From a virus: a stretch of DNA of 64,000 nt. Location: the IMG/VR virus record IMGVR_UViG_3300009181_000064, positions 7,229 to 71,228 of that record; one strand, written 5' to 3'. A program made the position numbers and the translations under genes. Positions 1-8,558 of this stretch are shown here, in pieces. Under the pieces are notes generated by a model. The model had not been told where the DNA came from. It searched no databases and was given only the letters and a program-made list of their open reading frames with translations. Every line of letters begins with the position of its first letter. Within the stretch, counting starts at the first letter, position 1.

Positions 1-370
1 ATGAGCTAGGTGATTGTACTGGAGGAGCACTGCTTAACTCTGGAGTTGGAACACTGGTTGACACATTTGTAGCGCCAGCAACTTTTTCTTGTGTTCTACC
101 ATAAGCAGAAACGCCCAATACGCCACCCATAGCCACGTGAAATAGTCCACCGCCCTGTAATGTGATGGGTACCCATTGTCTAAATGCGTCGTTTGCAGCT
201 TGAACTTCCCAGAACTGCACAACTGTAAACATAATTGGAAATAAAGCAAAATCGAATAAACAGCAAGTCATATACATCATTGCCATCATTGGACGCCATT
301 TCTTCGTCATCCAATCTTCATCGGGTTTTTTCTCTACTACAACTTCTTCAGTTTTCTTTTTACCAAACAT
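1..370 (-). CDS. Membrane protein, 3TM-holin-like (3' end runs off the window)
   Basis: Read by hand, not in the ORF track. ATG at 370 follows AGGAG and gives MFGKKEKTEEVVVEKKPDEDWMTKKWRPMMAMMYMTCCLFDFALFPIMF...LFHVAMGGVLGVSAYGRTQEK. The WRP motif, hydrophobic segments and G..GRT.EK resemble the 3TM holin family. Confidence 0.55.
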   Translation of the reverse strand, partial: MFGKKKTEEVVVEKKPDEDWMTKKWRPMMAMMYMTCCLFDFALFPIMFTVVQFWEVQAANDAFRQWVPITLQGGGLFHVAMGGVLGVSAYGRTQEKVAGATNVSTSVPTPELSSAPPVQSPSS

Positions 371-371
371 A

Positions 372-506
372 TTAACTCCTTGCTTTTCTAGCTTTTATTT
401 TTTCATTTTCTTCATTAATATAGTTTACTAACAATGATACGTAAATTTCTCTTTCCCACGGTAACATATTTTCTATTTCCGATAATGAGTATTTATGATG
501 CTGCAT
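372..506 (-). CDS. gp51: Short baseplate hub assembly catalyst (gp51-like); possibly made as a frameshift extension of gp26
   Basis: Read by hand: MQHHKYSLSEIENMLPWEREIYVSLLVNYINEENEKIKARKARS*, the typical short gp51 of cyanophage-type T4-like phages, directly after gp26. The frame stays open upstream into the end of gp26. Confidence 0.8.
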   Translation of the reverse strand: MQHHKYSLSEIENMLPWEREIYVSLLVNYINEENEKIKARKARS

Positions 507-556
507 CAAGGAAAAATTTAATTGAAAATAGCTAACCAAACTTTCGTGAGAAAGAG

Positions 557-1252
557 TTAGACGAAAAAATTTTGTATTCCCTCAAGCTCTACAATATTTT
601 TAGTGCCGCACGCCGGACAATCTTTTTCAATTCTTTGAACTACTTTTGGAATTTTTCTAAAAAATTCTTCTAATTTATCAAACTGTTTCTTTGTAAATGT
701 GCTAACAAAATCATTTAATTCTTCTTTACTGTATGTTGTAGAGTCATAATAATCATCTTTAGTAAATACCGCATCTATACAATCTGTAATTAAATTTACA
801 ATTTTTTCGCTATTTACATTGTTATGAATATCTAACATTTCATCGAACTTGGGATATCTTAAAATTACCCCTGCATCTTCAGTCAACATAACTTTATTAC
901 TGGTATCTAGATTTTTAGATACCTCAATTTTAGTTAAATCCAAAGTATGTTCTATCTTTTCACCGCATTTACAATTAATAATTATATCTGTACTTTCACT
1001 TATAGATTTTGCACGAATATTTAAAAACAAATATTCAATATCAAAATGCGCAAGCTTGTTTATATTAAGTTTTTTAAACGTACAATTATCCACAAGCTCT
1101 GTAACAATTCTTGAAATTTCAACAACATCTGCTTCTACAGACGTTAACAAAATTTTATATTCTCTAACTAAAAAAGGTCTAAATGTTACTTTTTTATTTG
1201 TAGATGGTAGTATTAATTCATAGGTTGGGGTTTCTAATATAGGCAAAGCCAT
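557..1252 (-). CDS. gp26: Baseplate hub assembly chaperone gp26
   Basis: MALPILETPTYEL..PST..KVTFRPFLVRE start, FDIEYLFLNIRAKSI, Cys pairs (CKCG, CPACG) and LEGIQNFF end. Confidence 0.88.
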   Translation of the reverse strand: MALPILETPTYELILPSTNKKVTFRPFLVREYKILLTSVEADVVEISRIVTELVDNCTFKKLNINKLAHFDIEYLFLNIRAKSISESTDIIINCKCGEKIEHTLDLTKIEVSKNLDTSNKVMLTEDAGVILRYPKFDEMLDIHNNVNSEKIVNLITDCIDAVFTKDDYYDSTTYSKEELNDFVSTFTKKQFDKLEEFFRKIPKVVQRIEKDCPACGTKNIVELEGIQNFFV

Positions 1253-1271
1253 TATATATCCTTTATGTTAT

Positions 1272-1889
1272 TCAATTAAATTGATCCGCGCCGCCTCTTG
1301 GCGGTTTAGGATTTTGTAGTGTTGGGTTAAAAACATCAATTGATTCAGTTAATTTATGTGTGGGTGCCCATCTTCTATATGCAAAAGTCACATTTAATTT
1401 GTGTACTTGATTAACTGCCCCCATATTTAAATCTAGCATATTTACCACTCTAGGAAACGCATCTTCCAACATAATAGAATATGTTTCGTTATCTCGTTGA
1501 TCCAACTGTCTTATTTCAATTTGGGAAACATATTCTGATGGGTATGATACATTAAATGAGTTTAGATTTATTATATTAAAAACCCAAGCATCAAAGAATG
1601 CTTTTGTATTCATTTCTCTATCCACGTAAAATGTCATAGTAATAGATTCTCCTCCAAATTCAGCGGATACTGGTCTTTGATATGCTGACCCATAAATTCT
1701 AAGACCTTTGGTTGTTACTGATACACCCGGTAAATTTGTTATCTCGCAGAATAAACTAATTCTTCTGCTATGATCTGTAAAAGTACTTAATGCGGCGGGC
1801 GGAGTTATTGAAACTTCAAATCTAGAAGGTACGGCAAGCCCGCCACTAGCAACTTTTCTAGTAAATTCGTTTAGATTAAACGTTGACAT
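1272..1889 (-). CDS. gp54: Baseplate tail-tube initiator (gp54-like, gp19 fold)
   Basis: Tail-tube-like motifs (SRFEV, CEITNLPG, FFDAW, LEDAFP, VTFAYRRW); position between gp2 and gp26. Confidence 0.65.
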   Translation of the reverse strand: MSTFNLNEFTRKVASGGLAVPSRFEVSITPPAALSTFTDHSRRISLFCEITNLPGVSVTTKGLRIYGSAYQRPVSAEFGGESITMTFYVDREMNTKAFFDAWVFNIINLNSFNVSYPSEYVSQIEIRQLDQRDNETYSIMLEDAFPRVVNMLDLNMGAVNQVHKLNVTFAYRRWAPTHKLTESIDVFNPTLQNPKPPRGGADQFN

Positions 1890-1900
1890 TACGTTCCTTT

Positions 1901-2467
1901 TTAATATGCTTCTTTATTTGCATCTTGCCAGACTTTTGTTTTCTGAGCACCCACAAATTTTTCGATTGGTAATTGCGAAGCGGTTATCCAATCATCTGAC
2001 TGTATTTTGTAAAATCTAGTTTTTACATGGGCATTGAGATAATGTTTTACTGCAAATTTTGCCGGTTGTAATTTAGATGTTGAGTTTAATAAATTCCAAG
2101 ATAATCTAATCCGTGTATCTCCGGAATTGTTTACTGAATAGTCTGACAATTTTTCAAGTATTCTAAATCTCATTAGATATGGTAAATAGTGTAGATTAAT
2201 TCCATAAAATCCGCCAGGAACTTTTCTAAAAGGAAGAACTAGGGGCAATCTGTCATAATATGCAAGTTCATCTTTGTGTTTTGGGTCATAGTAGAATAAA
2301 TACATTTCACCAGGTGTTATAGATGAAACCATGGGCGTGTCCCTTAAGGTTTGATTTGCGGTTGCAAATTTGCCCATATTACCTATTTGTTGTCTATACC
2401 ATTGATACGATTTTTCTTGCCCTGCGGCATTTAAACGTATTGTCTCAAAGGGATTTTTGTTTGCCAT
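1901..2467 (-). CDS. gp2: DNA end protector protein gp2
   Basis: GEMYLFYYDPKHK..L.YYDRLPLV, GFYGINLHYLP..R and VKHYL..HV motifs. Confidence 0.9.
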   Translation of the reverse strand: MANKNPFETIRLNAAGQEKSYQWYRQQIGNMGKFATANQTLRDTPMVSSITPGEMYLFYYDPKHKDELAYYDRLPLVLPFRKVPGGFYGINLHYLPYLMRFRILEKLSDYSVNNSGDTRIRLSWNLLNSTSKLQPAKFAVKHYLNAHVKTRFYKIQSDDWITASQLPIEKFVGAQKTKVWQDANKEAY

Positions 2468-2918
2468 TTGCTGTTTTTATTCCCAAGTCTTTTTCTGTTA
2501 ATATAACAAATTTCATATTTCTATCTTTACAAAACTCAAATGCTGCTTTCCACTTTGCGTCATTTACCCCATACTGAAATACTTCATCTATAAACCTTTT
2601 GGTCCGTTTAGTTGGTATTTCTGGAGGTTTTGTAAATTTTTCAGGTTTTATTTCTATTAAATATTTTTCTATAAGATTATTTTTATTCTTAATTTTTATG
2701 TAGAAATCTACGAAATACCTATGTATCTTATTGTCAATCGGAGATATATAAGGGATAATTATTGTTTCAGATCCCCATTCTACAACCGAAATATTGTCAT
2801 CGCACCATTTCATGAATTTAAGTTCCCACAAAGATCGATATACTATATTTGATATATCACCCTTGTATTTCTTAGCATTTACTACTCTATAGCGACCTTT
2901 ATAGGTTTTGGTATACAT
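2445..2918 (-). CDS. gp4: Head completion nuclease gp4 (TnsA-like)
   Basis: YKGRY...KYKGD..NIVYRSLWELKFMKWCD, WGSE, HRYFVDF, IEIKP, N.AKW.AA, ILTEKDL. Confidence 0.92.
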   Translation of the reverse strand: MYTKTYKGRYRVVNAKKYKGDISNIVYRSLWELKFMKWCDDNISVVEWGSETIIIPYISPIDNKIHRYFVDFYIKIKNKNNLIEKYLIEIKPEKFTKPPEIPTKRTKRFIDEVFQYGVNDAKWKAAFEFCKDRNMKFVILTEKDLGIKTANGKQKSL

Positions 2919-2924
2919 AACTCA

Positions 2925-2954
2925 TATAAATAATTAATAACTATAATATTTATA
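2925..2954. promoter_or_regulatory. Pair of oppositely oriented T4-type late promoters at the strand switch
   Basis: TATAAATA on + at 2925-2932 and TATTTATA (TATAAATA on -) at 2947-2954, in the gap between the divergent gp4 and gp48 genes. Confidence 0.75.
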
Positions 2955-2962
2955 GGAAACAA

Positions 2963-4045
2963 ATGGCTGCAAGTAATAGTGTTCAAACCAAATCATTTAG
3001 CGCATCCTACAGCGTAGGATCATACAGTTATCCCATGGGGGTTGGTTCTAACCCAGATTTACAACATTACGTTGCTTTTTTTGTAAATGTTAGGGGAAAA
3101 TCTAAATTTAAAGAAAGTTACAATACTTTTAAATCTCCTGTTAACAGTACTCGAAGAAGCGATCAAGCGGGATTAAATTCTGTAAATGCGTTGGGTAAAG
3201 CTGCGGCAATCGTGGGCGGCGGATCAGTTGTTTCTGGAATTGTAGGTGCTGCAAAAGCAATTGCGGATAAAGGCGGATACGGCGCAGCAAAGGCGGCTGT
3301 AAAAGAAACCGCAAAAACTGCGGCATTAGGAGGTGCAGCAATTGCAATAACAGCTGCTACGTTAAATACCTCAATTATGCAGAATGATAAAAAATATAGA
3401 TTAAAGGATGTTATTACTCTTGCAATGCAAGAACGTCCTTCAGTCACATACGGTATAAATTATCAAGATAAAGATATGGGCGTACTTGGTGGGTTTCTTT
3501 CAGGAGACACCTCTCTTACGGACACTGCTCTTGGTCCAGGTGGCGGAGAATTGGGTGCGGCAATGGGTCTCCAACTTGCAAAAATTCCATCGCTATTACC
3601 AGGATTTGGAAATGCTTCAATTGCTGATATTGCTCAATTGGGGGCAAAGGTTAAAACAAATCCGTTTAGAGAAGTATTTTTTGAAGGCGTTGACTACAGA
3701 AAATTTAATTTTAAATATAAATTCATGCCAAAAAATCAAACTGAAGTTCGTATGGTGTATGACATAATAGATACATTTAAAGAACATATGCATCCTGAAT
3801 TATCTGCCGGCGGATATTTTTACATATATCCTTCTGAATTTGAAATAAAATATTACTATAATAATTCTGAGAATGGATATTTAAACAAAATTACTAGTTG
3901 TGCATTGACAGATTTATCAGTTGATTATGGCGGAGAACAATTTGCATCATTTGCAGATGGTGCGCCAACCGAAATTAATTTATCTTTAAGTTTCAGAGAG
4001 TTAGATTTGCAGACTCGAGAAAATATAATATCGCAAGGAGTCTAA
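2963..4045 (+). CDS. gp48: Baseplate tail-tube cap gp48
   Basis: NPFREVFFEGVDYRKFNFKYKFMPKN..E, FKEHMHPEL, YPSEFEIKY, CALTDLSVDY, LSLSFRELD. Confidence 0.85.
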   Translation: MAASNSVQTKSFSASYSVGSYSYPMGVGSNPDLQHYVAFFVNVRGKSKFKESYNTFKSPVNSTRRSDQAGLNSVNALGKAAAIVGGGSVVSGIVGAAKAIADKGGYGAAKAAVKETAKTAALGGAAIAITAATLNTSIMQNDKKYRLKDVITLAMQERPSVTYGINYQDKDMGVLGGFLSGDTSLTDTALGPGGGELGAAMGLQLAKIPSLLPGFGNASIADIAQLGAKVKTNPFREVFFEGVDYRKFNFKYKFMPKNQTEVRMVYDIIDTFKEHMHPELSAGGYFYIYPSEFEIKYYYNNSENGYLNKITSCALTDLSVDYGGEQFASFADGAPTEINLSLSFRELDLQTRENIISQGV

Positions 4046-4046
4046 G

Positions 4047-4646
4047 ATGTTCTTTGAAAAATTTCCTCTTTTGCCGTATACGTTGGATAATAAAAAAACA
4101 TATCAATTAGTTCCTGATATTTTGAGAAGAATAAAACTATCATCTGAGATAACTCAATCTGGCACATTCTTTGACCAATATGATGTTAAAGATGGAGAAA
4201 CTCCAGAAATTGTTGCAAACTATTGGTATGGTGATTCGAATTTACATTGGGTTATACTAATGGCAAACGACATAATTGATCCTAGATTTGATTGGCCATT
4301 GTCTTATTATAACCTTGTTGAATTTTGTAAAGGTAAATATGGCGAAGTAAATATTAATAAGTTACATCATTATGTTAATCCTCAAGAATATATCATATCT
4401 GGGTACAGAGGATTATATGAGAATTCAAATTATAACACTACAACAGCAATAGAATCACAAGCATCTAATTTAAATGTGCAAATTAATATTGTTCTTGAAA
4501 GTTCACCTGGGCCACAATACCTATATCCTATAAGTAATTTAATGTATGAAGAATTACAAAATGAGCAAAAAAGACGTATTAATATACTAAAACCTTCAAT
4601 TGTCGCGTCTTTAGATTCTTCATTTACTTCTTTAATTAATCAATGA
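4047..4646 (+). CDS. gp53: Baseplate wedge protein gp53
   Basis: MFFEKFP, YDVKDGETPEIVA..WYGDS.LHWVILMANDIIDP.FDWPLS, YEELQNEQKRRI.ILKP. Confidence 0.88.
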   Translation: MFFEKFPLLPYTLDNKKTYQLVPDILRRIKLSSEITQSGTFFDQYDVKDGETPEIVANYWYGDSNLHWVILMANDIIDPRFDWPLSYYNLVEFCKGKYGEVNINKLHHYVNPQEYIISGYRGLYENSNYNTTTAIESQASNLNVQINIVLESSPGPQYLYPISNLMYEELQNEQKRRINILKPSIVASLDSSFTSLINQ

Positions 4647-6007
4647 GTACAGCAACACAAGACGGGATTCAGTCCCCAGGTGAAGTATCGATCGAAGAAC
4701 TGATTTTAGTCGCAAATGGAAAATTTATTCCTTTGAATGACTATCTAGTAGAATTGAATATATTTGAAAGTATATTTAGTAATGTTATGTCTGGTGACAT
4801 ATTATTATCTGATAGCAGAAACATTGTCAGATTTTTACCCATTATAGGGGAAGAATATTTAATTGTTAAACTTCAAACACCTACCTTAAATTCTCAAATT
4901 TATAAAACATTTAGAGTTACATCAGTTGAAGATAGAACAATAGTTCGGGATCAAAATACTCAGTTATATAAATTAAAATTTATTTCTAGAGAAGCGATTG
5001 TTGATTCGTTATCTCCACTATATTCTGCATTTACTGGAACAGTATCTACAATAGTTGAAAAAATATTCTCAGAAAATATAGAAATTAATAGAAATTTAAA
5101 CTATAATCTAAATGAAACACTAAGCTCAAGTCAGGATAAAACGGGTCTGCAAGTTTATAGTACAACCGCCAACAAAGTTAAATTTGTTAGTCCGGGGTGG
5201 ACTCCGTTTGAATGTATAAATTGGTTAGCACGAAAGGCTATGCCCACAACCGGCAAAGCTTGTAATTTTTTAATGTGGGAAACCTCTCAACAGTTTTATT
5301 TTGGTACAATCGAAGATATATTAGATAAGGGAGAAGTAGTCGGGCAGTATAATTATGCAGCAACCGGAGTTTCAAGAGGAACTGACGATGTTGCTGAAAA
5401 AATGGCTCTAATACAAAATATAGATGTTTTAAACGGATTAGATCACTTATCTAGTTTAGATAACGGGTATTTTGCAAGCACGCTAATTGCGGTAGATTTA
5501 ATAAAAAAGAAAAGGGATATTGTAAAATATGATCATGCAAAAGAATTTTTTAAATATAAACACGTTGTAAAAAATTCTGCGTTACCTTTATTTAGTGCAG
5601 ATACCGTTTTAAGCAACCCAGAAAGCCATATACGAGTTTATCCCAAACACCCTGGAATACATACGAATGTGTCTGAAAATTATAATGAAAAAATGGGGGA
5701 GATATACGGCAATCGTTTATCTAACTTACTTGATCTTAATACATTAAAATTAAACATAACAATATATGGTAGAACCGATATTGAAGCTGGTAGATTAATG
5801 AATATTAAATTTCCAGACATTTCGCCTGTAGCATCAGAAGATAAAACAACAGAACATTTGGACAATAGATATAGCGGCACATACTTAATAACATCGTTAC
5901 ACCATAAAATTAATATTGTTAAACATATGATATCAATGGAAGTTATTCGGGATTCAATTGCTCCAGATAATCCTAATTTTAAAATTGATACTTTGCCCGA
6001 AGGTTAA
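4643..6007 (+). CDS. Putative baseplate hub protein (gp27-like position)
   Basis: 454 aa between gp53 and gp5; IFESIFS..MSG.I...DS, LPIIGEE, P.W.PF..INWLA and C-terminal SG.YLIT.L.H.I motifs typical of T4-like hub proteins. Confidence 0.55.
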   Translation: MSTATQDGIQSPGEVSIEELILVANGKFIPLNDYLVELNIFESIFSNVMSGDILLSDSRNIVRFLPIIGEEYLIVKLQTPTLNSQIYKTFRVTSVEDRTIVRDQNTQLYKLKFISREAIVDSLSPLYSAFTGTVSTIVEKIFSENIEINRNLNYNLNETLSSSQDKTGLQVYSTTANKVKFVSPGWTPFECINWLARKAMPTTGKACNFLMWETSQQFYFGTIEDILDKGEVVGQYNYAATGVSRGTDDVAEKMALIQNIDVLNGLDHLSSLDNGYFASTLIAVDLIKKKRDIVKYDHAKEFFKYKHVVKNSALPLFSADTVLSNPESHIRVYPKHPGIHTNVSENYNEKMGEIYGNRLSNLLDLNTLKLNITIYGRTDIEAGRLMNIKFPDISPVASEDKTTEHLDNRYSGTYLITSLHHKINIVKHMISMEVIRDSIAPDNPNFKIDTLPEG

Positions 6008-6008
6008 T

Positions 6009-8090
6009 ATGAAGAATATATACGGAAATCAAAATTTTATTTGGTGGTTTGGAGTTGTTGAAGATAGAAAAGACCCTGAAAAATTAGGTAGGTGCAGAGT
6101 AAGGATAATTGGTTATCATACTGAAGATACAAAATTATTGCCAACTAAAGACCTTCCTTGGTCATTACCTATTACGCCTATTACCTCAGCAAGCACATCT
6201 GGAGTAGGTTCAACCCCGGTGGGACCTGTAGAAGGTACTTGGGTAGTAGGGTGGTTCCTTGATGGAGATGAAAAACAACAACCTATAATGATGGGAACCC
6301 TAACGGGTAAGCCTGAAAAAAATCCTGCGGCCGATAAAATAGAAACTGCTAAAAAAGTTGCATCTGGAGAAATATTAACTTCTAGTTCAGGCAATCCGGT
6401 ATATGATTCATCGGGAGCTCCAGTATCAACAGGTACAGCTACTACAGATGAGTATGGTAATCCTACACAAATAGATTCTAATTATACACAAGATTCTGCC
6501 GTGGCAGGACACCCATCTAACCCAAAAAATAATGCGAGCGGCGCATTAAACGATCCTGCGTTATCGCAACAAAAAGGATTCCAAGATCCAAATAAAATAT
6601 ATCCCAAAATTGATTATAACGGAAAACCTGATACAAATAAATTAGCAACAGAAGATAGAACACATAAGTATTTTGCACTAAAGAAAAAGAATAGAAAAAC
6701 ATCAATTAAAAAAGCAGGATCTGGTACTTGGAGCGAACCAGAATCTGCGTATAACGCAAAATATCCATTTAATCAAGTTGTTGAAACTGAGGCGGGTCAC
6801 GTGGTTGAATATGATAGTACTCCTAATGCAGAAAGAATACACATATATCATAAAAAAGGAACCTACATAGAAATAGATGTGAACGGTACAATGGTGAGGA
6901 AGGTTGCAGGGGATAATTATGAGGTAGTTGACAGAAACGGATATGTATATGTGAAGGGCGCATATAGTTTAACGGTTGGCGGCGCAACAAAAATTTTAGT
7001 AGAAAACGATGCGGACATTGAAGTTAATGGTAGTACAACACTTACCACTCATGGTTCAACATTAGTTCAATCTGCAACTACGGTTCAAGTTGTAGCAGAA
7101 GATATAAAGATATCCGGAAAATCTAGTATTCAATTGACTAGCGACGGCCCTGTTAATATACAAGGAAGTAGTATTACATTAAATGCAAAAGCTGGCGCAT
7201 TTGCGGCTAAGGCAAGTAAGGAAGTTGCAATCCAATCAGGTTCTGCCTCGACTGCAAGTATTAAAGGCGGTTTAGAATTATTACTAGATGCAACTATCGT
7301 TAAAACAAAAATGGGGTCTTTAACAGTATCTTCATCAAAACTTCCAGTATATGATCCACCCGAGGCAAAAACAGTAGACGCAAATAATGCATCTTTGAAA
7401 AATCTTGTTCGACCAGATGCACCTGCCGATATATTCCTTGGAGATGGGTTGGAAACAGAAGCAGGGGATCTTGCAAAGAAACGTGTGGCCGGCGGTAGCA
7501 TTGTTGAAAATACATCTTTAACAAGATCGGGCACAGCTGATACAACAGTTGATAATAAAGTAACACCTACAAAAGTTGATACTTCAGAATTTAATAATTA
7601 TGACGATTTCCCAGATTCTTTAAAATTATCGAAATATTATACACTAGGAGATGTATCTACAAGAGCCAGCGCGTCTTCATATGCGGTTCAAGATCAAAAT
7701 GGACTAACAAAGAAAGATATTGTTGGCAATTTAAAGCATTTGGCAGTAAATGTACTAGACCCGGTAAAAGACAAATATTCAGATGTTGTTATAACAAGCG
7801 GATTCCGAGGTGGAGTATCCGGATCCGACCATAATAAAGGGCAAGCGGCAGACCTACAATTTACGGGTCGTTCTTATTCTGAGTATTATGAAATTGCAGA
7901 ATGGATAAAGAATAATACTCCGTACAAGCAGGTTTTATTAGAATATGCCACGCGGCCGAGCGGGACAATTGCTTGGATACACGTTGCTGCAGCACAAGAT
8001 GGTAGTAAATCTCCTATGCCTATAGGAACTCTTGCAAATCATAGTATAAATTCGCCAGGCCAACGTAATGCGTTGGTAAATTTGCTGTAA
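6009..8090 (+). CDS. gp5: Baseplate central spike gp5 with C-terminal peptidase M15 domain
   Basis: N-terminal OB fold (FIWWFGVVEDRKDPEKLGRCRVRIIGYHT, GTWVVGWFLDG), YPFNQV.ETEAGHVVEYDSTP..ERIH.YH and beta-helix repeats. C-terminus has TSGFR...SDHNKGQAADLQF...WIHV (M15 Zn peptidase). Start placed at ATG 6009. Confidence 0.9.
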   Translation: MKNIYGNQNFIWWFGVVEDRKDPEKLGRCRVRIIGYHTEDTKLLPTKDLPWSLPITPITSASTSGVGSTPVGPVEGTWVVGWFLDGDEKQQPIMMGTLTGKPEKNPAADKIETAKKVASGEILTSSSGNPVYDSSGAPVSTGTATTDEYGNPTQIDSNYTQDSAVAGHPSNPKNNASGALNDPALSQQKGFQDPNKIYPKIDYNGKPDTNKLATEDRTHKYFALKKKNRKTSIKKAGSGTWSEPESAYNAKYPFNQVVETEAGHVVEYDSTPNAERIHIYHKKGTYIEIDVNGTMVRKVAGDNYEVVDRNGYVYVKGAYSLTVGGATKILVENDADIEVNGSTTLTTHGSTLVQSATTVQVVAEDIKISGKSSIQLTSDGPVNIQGSSITLNAKAGAFAAKASKEVAIQSGSASTASIKGGLELLLDATIVKTKMGSLTVSSSKLPVYDPPEAKTVDANNASLKNLVRPDAPADIFLGDGLETEAGDLAKKRVAGGSIVENTSLTRSGTADTTVDNKVTPTKVDTSEFNNYDDFPDSLKLSKYYTLGDVSTRASASSYAVQDQNGLTKKDIVGNLKHLAVNVLDPVKDKYSDVVITSGFRGGVSGSDHNKGQAADLQFTGRSYSEYYEIAEWIKNNTPYKQVLLEYATRPSGTIAWIHVAAAQDGSKSPMPIGTLANHSINSPGQRNALVNLL

Positions 8091-8156
8091 TAAATAAAAA
8101 GGATAGTATTTATAGTGTTTCAATTCTAGAACATTAAAATAATAATAAATAATAAA

Positions 8157-8558
8157 ATGGCCATTATAAACAGAGTTGTTAGGCGTTATACAGATTTAAA
8201 TCTGTTATTTACACCACACCCGTATTCAAAAGATGTACTTACTAGAAAAAACATTGACGCAGTTAAGACATCTGTACAAAATCTCATTCTAACAAAAAAT
8301 TATGAGCGGCCGTTTCACCCGGAAATAGGAAGTCAAGTTAATAATTTAATGTTTGAAAATATGATGCCGTCTACTATGGCGGCACTTGAGAAAAGTATAA
8401 CAGATACTATAGATAAATTTGAACCAAGAGCTAAAATTTTAAAAATTAATATAATAGATAACTCCGATACTAATGCAATTGATATTGAAGTCTTGTTTTC
8501 TCTTAATAATGTCTCGGAACCAGTAACAGTAACCACAACTATTAATAGAGTAAGATAA
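8157..8558 (+). CDS. gp25: Baseplate wedge subunit gp25
   Basis: YTDLNLLF..HP, AVKTSVQNLILT..YERPFHPEIGS, FEPRA. Confidence 0.92.
   Translation: MAIINRVVRRYTDLNLLFTPHPYSKDVLTRKNIDAVKTSVQNLILTKNYERPFHPEIGSQVNNLMFENMMPSTMAALEKSITDTIDKFEPRAKILKINIIDNSDTNAIDIEVLFSLNNVSEPVTVTTTINRVR

Noticed and set aside
34-249. 71 aa minus-strand ORF in the track
   Set aside because: Wrong frame. The real gene is the overlapping frame starting at ATG 370 with an SD, which runs off the window.
5958-6008. Upstream extension of gp5 in the ORF track (similar extensions at 41636, 49018 and 62075)
   Set aside because: These extensions overlap the upstream gene and precede the conserved N-terminal motifs, so downstream ATGs were chosen.
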